Below, piece after piece: positions 14,901 through 41,988 of a stretch of 64,000 nucleotides of DNA (positions are counted from its first letter, which is position 1; every line of letters begins with the position of its first letter). The position numbers and the translations under genes are program-made. The stretch covers positions 2,934,202 to 2,998,201 of the forward strand of contig CAVNZM010000005.1 of the NCBI GenBank assembly GCA_963693365.1, written 5' to 3'. The notes under the pieces were generated by a model. It was not told where the DNA came from, ran no database searches, and worked only from the letters and a program-made list of their open reading frames with translations. Source of the stretch: Amoebidium appalachense (Eukaryota > Protista > Ichthyosporea).

Positions 14901-15472
14901 GGTGGAAGTCTGAAACTTGAAAACGGGCTAAGGCGCTCGTAAGAAACCCCGCCGGAGCCAAGGAGGCCCAGAGCCGCAGGCTTCAAACAGGCAGATGGGC
15001 TATAGCTAAGCCCCCTGGACTGAGTGAGAGCACGGCGCTCTGAAAAAAGGTATGAGGCCCAGGAGGCTGCTGTGGCCCAGTGGGTGCCAAACCCGTCGCT
15101 GATTGGTTATCTTTAACACCAAGAACCCCCAAACTTCCATACGGGGGCGTAACATAAACTTTGGTACAATGAATCATAATGAGAGTAATGAGAAAGCCAA
15201 TATAGAGAGATTGTCTCCCCCCAAATGCAGGAGTATACGGAGAACACTGTACATTCCCGGTGGCAGCATAGAAAAACAAACAAAACAACTGTGCTTGCAG
15301 ACGACCGTTTACGAGCACCGTTTACGTACGTATGCTTGCTCGCATCATTCCTTCGTGTCTCCATCAGATAATCTTACATACCACTGCCATCCAGAAGTGA
15401 CCTTGCTGTAACTCAGCGGGGCCTTGCTCGTGTACATACTCCTTTAAGGCTTGACAAAAATTTCACGGCACC
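14901..15472. promoter_or_regulatory. Probable bidirectional promoter between RTK-A and cyclophilin-40
   Basis: Divergent ATGs at 14900 (-) and 15473 (+), 572 bp apart, with no microsatellite between them; GATTGG (CCAAT) near 15101. Confidence 0.4.
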
Positions 15473-27283
<11,811 letters not shown>

Positions 27284-27385
27284 AGTATGACACGTACCGC
27301 CAAACCCCCCCCCCCCCCCCCCCCCTTCCCCCCATCACACACATCCAAACACACGCGCACAGACACGCGCACACACACACACCCA

Positions 27386-27453
<68 letters not shown>

Positions 27454-28017
27454 ACGGTTTTTTCAATTTCCCACTACAGGCTTTGCTGTACTACTGCTGC
27501 TTCTAATACATTCGCATGGCACACGTACACAGCAGTGGCACACATATGTCTCGTGTTTATCTTTTTTGTGTCTCCTTTTCTACCTCTTGCTCTACACACA
27601 TCCATGTCACAAAGGTATCCAGGCACATGCTCATTCAAGCCCCCCCCCCCCCCCCCCCCCCCCCCCCCGAGACGTGTGTTTGTGTGCACTCACACTCACA
27701 ACGTTTCTAACATACTAGAACACACGAACACACACGTGTCTGTGTGTGGGTGCACGTGCACAATGATTCACACACATTATCTTGATGAGTCTTATTGCAC
27801 ATGCACTCATCGCCTCAATTGCGTGGCATGTGCGCTTGACAAGCTTCTTAGTACGTACCTTGTAAAAATGGCACATCTTATTGAATGTGTTCTGCTGTGT
27901 GAATGGTGAATGGGTTATAAAACTTTAATTTTTTTTTGCTGTTGTTTGTGTTAGAACTGTCACTATGGGTCCACGGTCCACTGTCTGTGGTGTGTACATG
28001 TGGTGTGTGGTGTCTGG

Positions 28018-28148
<131 letters not shown>

Positions 28149-28200
28149 GTGTGTTTGTGTGTGTGTTTGTGTCGGAGTGACCGGTGGCGCTGGTGGTGGT

Positions 28201-28245
<45 letters not shown>

Positions 28246-29139
28246 TAATTAGGTGTACATTTGCATGCCTTTGAATGTAGTCTGTGAAAAGTATTATGAT
28301 TTTAATTTCCCAGGGAAAACCAAGTGAACATAGTATATGATCATAAATTCTATGCAAATGATAGAAAAAGTCAATCAGGTGACACGTGAAAATGACAACT
28401 GCCTGTATGTATGAATCTTCGGAACTGAGACTCAGTGGTCTGAAGTACTCGAGGCAACACACAAAAAAACAATAAAATACTGATGTATTCATAGCAATTC
28501 CGTGAACCTGTTCTATTGTGTGCCCCCCCCCCCCCCCCCCCCCTCTCCCTCCCCCCAAACTCCACCCAACCTATCCACCCTCTCAGTGCACACCGGTGAC
28601 AGTGCATGCACACGTTTAAACGAACTGGGAATATTGGGCGGCACACACCGTACGATGCACAAGCCTTATTGCATTCAGCGGCAAGTGACTGCGCACAGGA
28701 CACTTGTGCAGATGCCATGATATCCAAGTAATTTCGCCTTGCATGCTGCGGTCGATACAAAAAGATCGCAGGCACCTGCTGGTTGTAGACGCTGTCCTGT
28801 GTGCAGGATGCGGGGCTGGGACGGTGGTGGCGGCCTGCACCAACACCAGCAACACGGTGTGCCTGTGCCCTGTGGGTTACACCGGCGAAAATTGCAAAAT
28901 TTTGTGCCAACCGGAGGGTACTTGCCAACGAGTGGACCAATCGCTGCCGTGCGAATTTCGCGCTGATGGGAAAAGTGATGGCAAATGTGTGGAATGCAAG
29001 GAAGGGAAGTTCCTTGGCGCGAATGGCACGTGTGTGAGGTGTGGTGGGTGTGCTACGGTTAGGTACGTGTGCAAAGTATTTGTGCCTGTGTGTTTGTGCG
29101 CTTGTGTATGTGCATGTGCACAGCTTTTTTTTTTTTTTT

Positions 29140-29170
<31 letters not shown>

Positions 29171-31386
29171 GGGGGGGCTCTATGTGTCTCTGCCTGGCTT
29201 AAGTGGAGGACCGGTTTATGTGTTTTAATACCTGTGTGTTGGAGGGGAGGCACACACACAGACAAGCACACACACACACATACACATAAAGGCGTTTACA
29301 TTTTTTTGTACTTCAATAACGCTGACAATATTTTGCAGGTTAAAGCCCCGTGCAACGGCACCCACGACACCGTCTGCCTATGTCCCCTTGGCAAAACCGG
29401 CCCCGACTGTACGGAATTATGCCGGCTTCCACCAGGGTGCCAACATGCCACCTATGGCTGTAAATACGACCGCCTTGATTTTACGTACGGGGTTCAATGC
29501 CTAGAGTGTATCGACGGCTATTCCCTCCCTGTTGAGGGGAATGACACGCGCGAGGGTGCTGATTTCGGCCGTAAATATAGCACATGCCGCCTGAGGACTA
29601 TTTGCCCCTCCGGCCAGACAGCAACCAAGGAGCCCAGCCCGTACGAAAATCGAATCTGTGTGACCCAAAGCGCCACAGTAAGCGTCGGTGCTGCGCTTGG
29701 GATCACCCCTGCATGTATTGTAGTGATTGCGATTTCTGTGTTTTGTTCGTATGGGTGGATGAGGCGACGCACACTGGCCAAGGCCGAGCAAGTGATGGAG
29801 CAGCGCCTGGCTCAGCTCTAGCAGCAGCACCAGTACCTGCAGTACGACTCGGCCAGCGCCGCACAGGCCCTGGAGCAGCTGGGCCACGGGGAGGGCATCT
29901 TGGACCGCGCCCGCATCTACCCCTTGAAGGACCTGGGGGCGGGTGAATTCGGGGTCGTACGTATGGGGGTGGTGGCTGTGGGCCAGATGGTGGTGGAGTG
30001 TGCGATTAAGAGAACAAGGCAGTCGCACCTTTGAGCAAGGGAGGATTTTTTGAAGGAGGCGGCAATCATGAAGAAACTAAACCACCCGAATATCGTCCGA
30101 ATTTACGGCATGAGTTACGACACCCCCGAAGACGGACAGAGTCCCGAGGGCGGGCGGCTTATTTGGTGCTGGAGTTACTGTATATGAACGGGGGGGATCT
30201 GAGGCAGGAGCTTTTGCGGATGGGTGCGGAGATGAGTTTGGGCCTGCAATTGTCGTACTGTGTGCAGATTGCACGTGCAGTCCAATACATCGGTATAGCA
30301 CCCCCCTGCCTGCATTTCGAAAAGTTCCCCTCACACCTAGGAATACATAAGTTTTCAGATTAGAAGATCCCTAAACCCCTGCCCCACCCGTGCACCTCCA
30401 CCCTACCAAGGTGGCCCACTTGGGAAACCGTCTCTAAGTGGTAATCGGCGATCTAGGGTGACGAGCGAGGGGTTAATCAATTAGCAGAACATGCATGTGC
30501 GTTTTTTTTTTTTTTTTTTTTTTTTTGGGGGGGGGGGGGGGGAAGGATATGCACGTGCACGTGATTGTTCCCAGGGTGGGAAGGGGAGTGGGTATTTGTG
30601 GGGTTTGTGTGTGTGTGTGTGTTTGCTGGTGGGCATGGATGTGTGTGTCATGTTTATGGGGTGTTAGTGCTTGTTGTGGTTTCAGCATATGATTGTGTGC
30701 TTTTGAGTACAGTACCTTTTTTTGTAAATTGAAACACATACCCTCACTAATGAGCTTTCCCCCATGGACGTGCTCACACAAACGCTCATGCAACCCTCAA
30801 ACACACTTTGTCACCTACCTTCACATCTGGACACACACGTACACACGTACACACGTACACACGTACACACGTACACACACGGACAGGCGGGCTCAGCCCC
30901 CCATTGTGCACCGCGACATTGCAGCGCGCAATGTTCTGCTGCGACACGGCAGTGGGCCATTCCCTGTAGCTAAAATTAGCGACCTTGGCCTGGCCCAGCA
31001 GCTGGAGGCGGGGGCCAAGCAGTCTATTTATAGAAGCACGGCCCGGGTGCCGGCCCGCTGGTGGGCGCTGGAGTGTCTCAGGGGGTTGTGTTTAGCCCCC
31101 AGTCGGATGTGTGGGCCCTGGCCGTGACCTTCTGGGTGCGCGGGCAATGTCCCCATGTGTGCTATTCATGGTGGCCCGGGGGGTGGGGGAGGGGAGGGGG
31201 GGTCATGGTGTGTGTGACGATGTACCCTCCCACCATCCCCTCCCCCTTCATCCTTCCTCTCAAAAAATTCTCATCCGTGTGTGTGCTCTGCATTGTGTTA
31301 TTGAACGTGATTGGGTGCTTCGCACTCATGCATTCTTATCCCCCCCCCCCCACCGGCGCCTTGCTCCAACCCACACACAGACACAC

Positions 31387-31529
<143 letters not shown>

Positions 31530-31680
31530 GGAGATCTTCAGTCAGGGTGCAGTGCCCTACGGCACATTCCTCAGGCCAGGCCCCGGCCAATTTGTGGCGC
31601 TTCTGTTTGAAGCTCTCAGCTACAGTGTTCGACTCAAACAGCCACCAGGGTGCCCGGACCAAATCTACAAACGTACACAT

Positions 31681-31729
<49 letters not shown>

Positions 31730-32267
31730 ACCACCACCACCACCATCACCACCACCACCACCACCACCACCACCACCACCCTTCCCTCCCTTATAAGGGC
31801 CCTCTGAATAATTCATTCTGAAATAACATCTTCGGCTAGCATATTTGCACTCTTTCAATTTTTTTCTCGTTGTTCCTTTTTGATGTCTTAGTGTCTATCG
31901 TTGCCAAGATCAATGCATAACTCAACCCCCTCCACCCCCTCCCCGCCACTCCGCCCTGCCCCTGCCTCTGTCCCCCAATGCTAGTGCAACTTCGGAAAAG
32001 GGAATGAATCCGAGTATGTACACTCCTCACAAAACACCACACCTGCTTTTTGTTGAACTCTTCATCTCCAGTATAGAGCAAGCATACATGCACACATCAA
32101 TGGTGCGAGTACGCGTATGAGGGTGTTTTTAGAGTTCTCGATCGATGAAGCAGGTTGAAGCAAGGTATACCTACTACCAATGTCTCAGTCTATCAGTCCA
32201 GTGGTCCTACGGTTTTTTCTAGTTACCAACTCAAATATATTTACCATCCTATCCTCTGTGATAAATG

Positions 32268-32331
<64 letters not shown>

Positions 32332-32790
32332 GGGGGGAGGGGGGGGGGGGGGGGGGGGGGGGAGGGGGGGGGGGGGGGGGGGGGATGGGGGGGGGGGTTG
32401 AGTGGTTGTTTTGCTTTGTTTTGTTTTCCCCTCGACTCTGGTTGGCAGCAAATCTATCGTAGGTTTTGTAACAATGAACTTTTCTTGCAGTATTTCTAGT
32501 ATTCGAGCTTGATGATAGTCATGTATAGGTGTCTAGGTGGCCCCGGGAGGGGGGGGGGGGGGGGGGGGGGGAGAGGAGGGGGAGGGGAGGGGGGTTACTG
32601 AAGTGCACACTCTTGAGTTCCCCAGAGCGGGTGCAGGTAGATAAAAGCCTACAACCATTCACACGTTCATTCATTCGATTTCAAACACAAGATTAAAAAC
32701 AACCATTACACACACGCGCACACATTAGCATGCCGCTACACACAAAAACACACGCACACACACACGCGCGCGCGCGAACACGCACACACA

Positions 32791-32827
<37 letters not shown>

Positions 32828-32913
32828 CACACACGTGCACACGTACATGTGCACACACACGTGCACGTGCGCACGCACTCACGCAGGCCCTTAGACACGC
32901 ACGCACACACACA

Positions 32914-32981
<68 letters not shown>

Positions 32982-33779
32982 TACACAGTCATGTGCGCCT
33001 GCTGGGAAGAAACGCCTTCAAGTCGCCCACCTGCCCATAGCATCGTCTCAATCCTCGAGAAAGAGTTCTATGCTGTTACGGGAATAGAACCCGAAAAAAC
33101 CTTTTCGCGCAGCTTAAGTGAAGGCACCAGTATGAGCGGCAAATCATCCAAAACGAATTCTAGTCTACTTTCCGGTCCACTCTCCGGGCCACTCTCCGGT
33201 CCACTCTCCGGGCCACTCTCCGGGGCACTCAAGGCGGCTAATCAAATTTCAGGTCGAGATTGGGGTCCAAGTGCGGAGGAAAACCCCCATTGGAGCCTAC
33301 TTGCGTCTTTCGACCGATTGTTCAGTGGGCCACTTGCTTCTGCAAAACGACTTAGCGGACCATTGACCTCGCTCGGACGGCAAAATTCCGCGAATCCTGC
33401 AATATCTTCTGGGGGGATTCAATCGTCTGCAGGGAGGCCGGTGGGAGGGCTCCATGAGTCTCCTGGAGGTGTTGGCCCGATAGACTCAGCCCAAGGGGGG
33501 TCTGGAAAATTGAGCCATCATTCTGGGGTAAGGTTATGACGTCTTCCTTGTGCGCTATGTTCCAAACATTCCCCTCTCCCTTCCCCTAATCCGACTCTGT
33601 CTCCGTGTGTCCCCTTATCTCCTACTCTTTCATCCTACGTCCGTGCACGTGCGCATTTGTACGTGTGTGTGCATGCTGTTGGGCACGTGCCTGTCATATA
33701 TAGGCAGAGTGTGTGAGCAATCTCTATGTATGCCCATGTGTGTACGGGTGTGCTTGCTGGAGTAGCGGTGTTGGGCACA

Positions 33780-34140
33780 TGGACAGGTGAATATGTGGGC
33801 GTGGGGGTGGGTGGGGGTGGGGGTGGGTGGGTGGGGGTGGGGGTGGGAGTGGGGGTAGGGGAGGGGGGTAGGGGAGGAGGGGTAGGGTTGGCGGGGGGGT
33901 GGGTGGGGGTGGGGGTGGGGGTGGGGATAGGGGAGGGGGTGGGGGTGGGGGTGGGGTGGGGGTGGGGGTGGGGGTGGGGGTGGGGGTGGGGTGGGGGTGG
34001 GGGTGGGGGTGGGGGTGGGGATAGGGGAGGGGGTGGGGGTGGGGGTGGGGTGGGGGTGGGGGTGGGGGTGGGGGTGGGGGTAGGGGAGGGGGTAGGGTTG
34101 GCGGGGGGGGTGGGGGTGGGTGTGTGGGGGGTGGTAGGGG
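33780..34140. repeat. (GGGGGT)n G-rich tandem array
   Basis: Dozens of GGGGGT/GGGGT units in an RTK-B intron. Confidence 0.9.
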
Positions 34141-34231
34141 TGTGTGTGTGTGCGTGTGCATGTGCCTGTGTGTGTGTGTCTGTGTGTCTGTGTGTCTGTG
34201 TGTGGGTGTTTGGGTGGGTGTGTATGAGTGT

Positions 34232-34337
<106 letters not shown>

Positions 34338-34731
34338 GTGTGACAGTAGGAGGGGGGACACGGGAGGTGTGTGTGTGGGGGAGGGGGTTACATAAGCTGC
34401 TAGAAGGCAAAAGAACACAATGCCCAAGGAAGGGTCTGCTTGCTTCACACCCGATTGGTGGGAATAAAACTTTATTCCCCCTGTGTTGTATGTGGCAGCT
34501 TGGACATGGTAAGGAAGAACTCTGGGTAAAAAGGGGGTGGGGTAAGCAGCCCTATCATTGGGCACTGTAATCTAATTAGCAGAACATATATTCATACCCC
34601 TTTCCCTCTGCCCTTCCCTCCTCCTGTTTCGTTATCCCTACACATCTGTAGTAACTGCTGACGACTATCCCCCATACCGTCCCGGCACACACACAAACAC
34701 ACACATTCACATACAAACACACACACACATC

Positions 34732-36099
<1,368 letters not shown>

Positions 36100-38645
36100 G
36101 TAGGTCACCACTATGTTTGCATTCTCGGACCCCCACTTGCAACCTTCCTTCAAACACAAGGTGCTTTTTTTTTTTTTTTTTTTTTGCGGTGATGGCATTT
36201 ATGGGTGCCGGGTGGAAGAGATGACAAGGGATTGGGTGCAAAAAAAAGCGAGGGGCGAGAAGTGGGGGGGGGGGGGGGGGGGGGGGGGGGGGAGGGGTAA
36301 GGGACAGACGTTGTCGGCAGAAGTCATTCCAAAACTGAACTGTTACCTGATGCCTTGTTTCAACAGTCCCTCTCAGCCTCCTGTCTCTTTTGCATCCGTT
36401 GTAGTTCATTGCACGTATAGCAAATGTAAAAGCACATAAACATGCCCACACACACAAGCATGCGCACATAACCACAGACACACACACACAAACACAACAC
36501 GCACATAAACACAAACACACAAGCTTAATGTTTGCCAACACCCTCCACCCCTCTAGCTTCCTTCACCCCCCTCCCCCCCCCCCCCCCCCCCCTCCCTCCC
36601 CCCCGTTCTAAGGACCACCTGTCCACTCGCCACCCACCCAACCACACATTACACAATCATCACCACCAACACATGCCCATCACTTTAACCATTCACCCAA
36701 TATTGCCCAATCCAAGTGCTTTCAGTAATAAATTGTATTGATGTGAACGAAGGGAGACGGGGGGGGGGGGGGACTTGGAGAACCGTAAAAAAAAAAGAGA
36801 GGAGGGGGAGAGGGGGTACCTTGCTTGCACATACGCGAGGCCGGGTGTACCTTATTCGTGAATGTGAGTGGGTCTGTTGGTGGTTGATATGGAAGATGGC
36901 AGAGAGAGAAAGAGATGTTGAGGACGGGAGTTGTGGGCAGTCTCTGTGGGTGCCGTTTATGCCATGGTGTTATGGGCAACTGGTGGTGGTGAACGTGTAT
37001 GTGTGTCTGTTGGTGTGGGGGGGGGGGGGGGGGGAGGGGGGGGGGGGGGAGGGGGGGGGGGGGGGGGGGGTTAGATGTAGGGGAAGCAACTGATATGTGT
37101 GTGGTGACCCTCAGCCATCACACACAATCACAAAACACAACATCTACACCCCTACATAAATCCATTCCCCCCTCCCCCCACCCCCCCCACCCCCCTCCCC
37201 GGGCATGCCTGACCCCCGCCACCTCCAGTCTCCTTCCCTTCCCCTCCCTCTTCCTAGTTCTTCAGCCCCCACGCCACCTCACTTTCACCCTACGACACTA
37301 ACACACACGCACACACACAGGCTGAATCACTCGACGGCGAAAGTCAACATCAGACCCCGAGAGCATCAACGATCCACCATCACATTCCTCACCCTCACCA
37401 CCAATCGGCATCGACCGATATGTATCCCCCCAGACCCCTGCAGAGGTTTAGTTCAGTGCCTCTGATGACTGCAGCTGATTCCGGGGTCTATGACATTGCC
37501 TTATATGTTGATGGCGAAGATGACGACTGCGAAATTTCAGCTCGAGGGGGTGCATCCGCTAGAAACTGGCAAAGTTCTTCCGGGCTCCTCGGACGTTCCG
37601 GGAACGGTTTGGAATGGTTCAGTGGGGATTTGTCTGCTGGAACCACCAATGGCACCCACACCCCCGCAGGGCACACGACCAAAAATTTAGGCAATGGGCT
37701 TTCGTCGTCCCTTCACCTGGCCGAAAATTCAACCCCAGAGGGGTCGAATCTTTCAAGAAATTTTAGGGAAGATGGCTTCATCGCTGTAGAGGGTGGCTAC
37801 TTGGCAGCCGGCAGCGAGAAAAAGCTTGCAGCCAAAAATGGCAAATCAGATATGACGGGGGCTTATAAAAGGGGGTTTAATAGTACAGCAATAAGGGTGG
37901 GGGGGTCTGATGATTGTAGTGACGAAGAGTGACCCGTGTTATTAGGGCAGGCCCTCTGGTTGCGGCTGTACAGTAACCCCTTGTGCATTGATACACCCTC
38001 TCAATGAAACATTTTGCATATTCAAGCGCCGATCGCACGGCATGTTAGTATAGAGGGAGGTATGCACATATGCGCGACACCATGTATGGTAATCCCTAAT
38101 GAAACTGTGACGTTCGTGTATTAACCTCGGCGGACGGCACTAATTGATTTGGCCGGCAGCCGGTCAGCTGTAAACAGCCCTACACAACTCTATTGCAGCT
38201 CAAAATCGATAGAAAAAGCTCAAATAAATTGTAAATATCGACACGTATATGCCTTACCTACATATGCTTCTAAGTTGGTTTGGGGAAACATCATTATTTC
38301 GTATAACTTTGTATCTGTTTCTGTGTTTCTGTGGTGACTATCTAGGGAAATTTGCCGGTATGAACAGGTGAATAAACCTCCCGTGTTTATACAAACTGGG
38401 CCCGAATTCGATGTGTATGAATGTGCGAGGGCCAATTGCAGCTGCACTAGGGGTGGGTGTGCAGTGGTGTCTGTGTGTGAGACGGGCCGGGGGGGGGGGG
38501 GGGTCCTGGCAAATGCAATATTATTCAGTATGTTGGGAATATGCTGAATTATATCCCATGTGTGTGCATGTACGCCCCGTTTATTGTGTGTGTATGATGT
38601 GTGCGTGTATGTCAGTGTGAGATAGGGGAAAGGGTTCCCAAGAAT

Positions 38646-38685
<40 letters not shown>

Positions 38686-39784
38686 TGCCCTTTGGAGCAC
38701 AAAGTACACATTCGTAACGGACAGCACAATGCAGATTTGACGAACTTCAAGTACACAAGAGGAGTAAGCAATGATTGCGGTACAATCAAGGTAAGCTTTA
38801 TTCTCATGCCATTGGTGGGCCGAAGACATCCAAATTGTCCGAGTTTTCATTTGCAAACCTTAGGCGGGGCTGGGGGGGGGGGGGGGGGGGGGGGGGGGGA
38901 TATTGGGCAGGATGTCATCCTTGATTGTGCACATGCATAGCTGCCTCCTGACTTCAAAGTCATGTACTGAAAATCTGTCGCTCACCATCGTTATCCACAC
39001 GCCGGTTAGAAAGCAACATATCGCCGTGATGCATATGCACTTCCGGGTCATATTGGAATTCTCGTTACCAGACAACTCATAAATCAATTGCAAGTCGCAG
39101 AGTAATACTGACACAGGATGCCTTGCTTCAACTAAACCTTTAAATATTTCACTTCTTCACTTCACTTCGATTACCTATTTGGGAACAAGTAGGCCAAACA
39201 AACCGTTAGGATCACAACAGAATACGTATCCAGAAACTAAGATCTAATAGATATCCTCGGCCTGCTACAGGCTCAGGCATTAGTACTCATCTGAAATCTC
39301 TACCGATATCCGATCACAACTCCGTGTGTGTGCGTACAAGTCATAGCATATTGCATTCGAATCACACACGTTTCAAAGACCTGCTAGTCTTTACCTGTAC
39401 ATTTGTATGTACATACACTCCAATCTGCACAAGGATACATCTAATTGTCATTCATTCGAAGCAAACCACCATCACGTGCACAGACTGAAAAGAGCAAATT
39501 CGGCTTTGCATGCAACTGGCACAAACGACCCCCGCCCCCCTCCCCTTCCCCCCCCCCCCCCCCCCCCATCCCCCCCCCCGTCCCCCCCCCCTCCCCCTCC
39601 TTCCACCTCCCCCCTCTCGGGCCTCAAGCCTTCCGAGAGTGTGTGCGTATGTTTGGGTGTGTGCCTGTGTGTGCGCACGCGAACGATGCCACGTACACGC
39701 ACGTCCGTGCATGTGTGTTTGTTAAAAAAGAAAAAGAAAAAAAATCGATAAACAAAAAAAGGAAAGAAAAGAAATAAAAAAGGA

Positions 39785-41589
39785 TCAAACATGTGCATCT
39801 GTCATCTCCTCCCCAACCACGGCCAGCGGTTTCACAACACCGCCGTCTTTTCCTTCCACACCCCTCCCACTCTCCATCCCACCTGCAGGCTCAACTTCCA
39901 GCGTCTCAAACTTTTTGTCTACGTGCGTACGCACCGGCATATCCGATGGATCGACACACGTCACAACATTACTTGCATCCGATCCCTTCCTCAGAGAAAT
40001 TATAGTTGGTGCCGACATACGCCTGTCATTGTGCATGTAAACAACAATAGGACCTGAGTCCCTGCGCGATTGGTTACGCGCTGTTAAAGACGAGGTCGAG
40101 TTGTTTCGTGCAGCAATTACAATGCTGTAGAAGTGCCGTCCCCACAACCCGCACACTAGCAGGGTTAGAATGGCGTGCAGGGTAACAATGCTTACTATCA
40201 CCCACGGCTGTCGCAGATCCATACGTTGAATAATCGTCGCGTATGCGTAAAATATGATGAACATGGTGAAGAAAATAATGAGCACGTGACTCTGGTCCAA
40301 TTGGTAGCGTTGAAGTACTTTGCGCATTTTGAAAAGAGTCAACGCGACAACCATAGACAGGAGCAGAAACACGACGTCCATAGCGAGTTTTAAAGAATCC
40401 AGCCCTTCCTCCTCCACAGCGCCCAACGTATCGAGTATAAAGCCTACTATATATGGTATGTAGCAAATAAGGAGTGTCCGTAGAAGCCACGACAACCCCA
40501 TAGCCTTTCCTTTAAGGGCGGCGGGAGTTTGCCATTGGCCGAGGTTTGTGCTGCTTAGTGACGGCCTGCCAAACACGGAAATAGCCAATCGCATATACAG
40601 AATCATCACGGGCATCCACCGGAGGGTACGGAAAATCCACACAGAGAACCGGTCCATCCACGGCATGCCCTGTGAACCAACCAAACGATAACAAATTAGC
40701 TCTGCATCCAACTAAATCAGAGGACCAAGTGACGGCTGATGAGCAACATGAACGTAGGATCGAGGAAAAAGGGGGAAGGGGTGGTGGCGGCGGTGGTGGT
40801 GATGAGGGCTGGTTGGCTCCAAAGAATCGGTTAGCCGACTAGTTCCCCACACTTTTTTGTTGTTGTTGTTGTTGTTGGGGGGCGGGGGGGATGCCTGATT
40901 TCATAGCCCGGCATTTACTTGTGATTATACGCATTACCTTCGGCGAAAAAAAGAGCCAAAAGGTGTTACAATACGCGCATGGTGTGTGTTCACATGCGGG
41001 TGTCAGAGGTGCAATGTGTGTTCGCAATGGTCACCATAAGCCACCCGTACGTGTGCGGTACGGCTGAAATCCCCTCCTTTATATTTTCGCTTTTCCAATT
41101 CTGGCCCCTCTTTTTTCATTCGATGCTGTCAGTATCATAATTATTATTGTGTAAAAACTCGATTAAGTTCACGCTTGTGGTTATGCCATTGCGTTGTATC
41201 GTTATTGTTTGAGTGCCACTCTATTAATTTTATTGCTATTAAGCCGTAATCAATCACTCTGCCGTGGTCATCAATTATTATCAACTTAAAAAAACAATAA
41301 TTACTGAATACCTAACGGGGAGGGGAGGGTGGGGGCGGGGGAGGGGGAGGTTGGGGGTTGGGGGGGGGGGGGGGGGGTGATGGTGGTGCTGGTGTTGGGG
41401 GAGAGGGGGGAGGGGGGGGGGGGAGGAGGAAGGGGGGGAGGGGGGGGGGGGGGGGGGTTGGATTAATAGAACCTGAAGTTGTGAGCGCACACAAGCACTT
41501 GAATGGAAGGCCTACTATGCTGATAACTTATTGAATCGTGCGTAGAAATAACTTTGTGCACTAAAGGCCAAGTTGTAACATTATTATGT

Positions 41590-41651
<62 letters not shown>

Positions 41652-41988
41652 TGCGCATGCGCGTGTGTGTGTGGGCATGTGTGTGCATGTGTGTGCATGT
41701 GTGTGAATGCGGTTGTGCACTCACCGGTCCCATAGCCTCCCGAAGTGGCCCGCTGGTAACAGCAATATACTGAATGTTGGTGAGACAGAACCCAAGAAGA
41801 GAAAGAAGGAAGAACACCAACGTCCCAAGCTTCGGCCCCGCAACATGATATTTAACCAAGAAGGCACCGCCCAAACACATGGCCGTCCCTACAATGGCTG
41901 CACATGTGGCACACGTTACGCCCAAAATGAAGTTGAAGTCGAGGTTTTTCTCCTCATTGAAACCCGTTGCGGCATTTCTGTGTGCCAT
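39785..41988 (-). CDS. Orphan seven-transmembrane (GPCR-like) protein; exons 41988-41725 and ~40711(or 40670)-39785
   Basis: Two hydrophobic segments in exon 1 and five in exon 2, then a Ser/Thr-rich hydrophilic C-tail. Phase-0 donor CCG|GTGAGT. The start codon and acceptor choice are uncertain and no family motif was recognised. Confidence 0.65.

Noticed and set aside
29819-30034. Stop-codon reassignment (TAG=Gln, TGA=Arg/Trp) to explain the in-frame stops in RTK-B
   Set aside because: Intact genes here end at TAG (NlpC/P60), TGA (PPID) and TAA (adk, FHIT) with no internal stops, and RTK-B has other lesions as well.
33780-34140. Interstitial telomere
   Set aside because: The units are GGGGGT rather than TTAGGG-type, they are irregular, and they fit the window's general G-run background.
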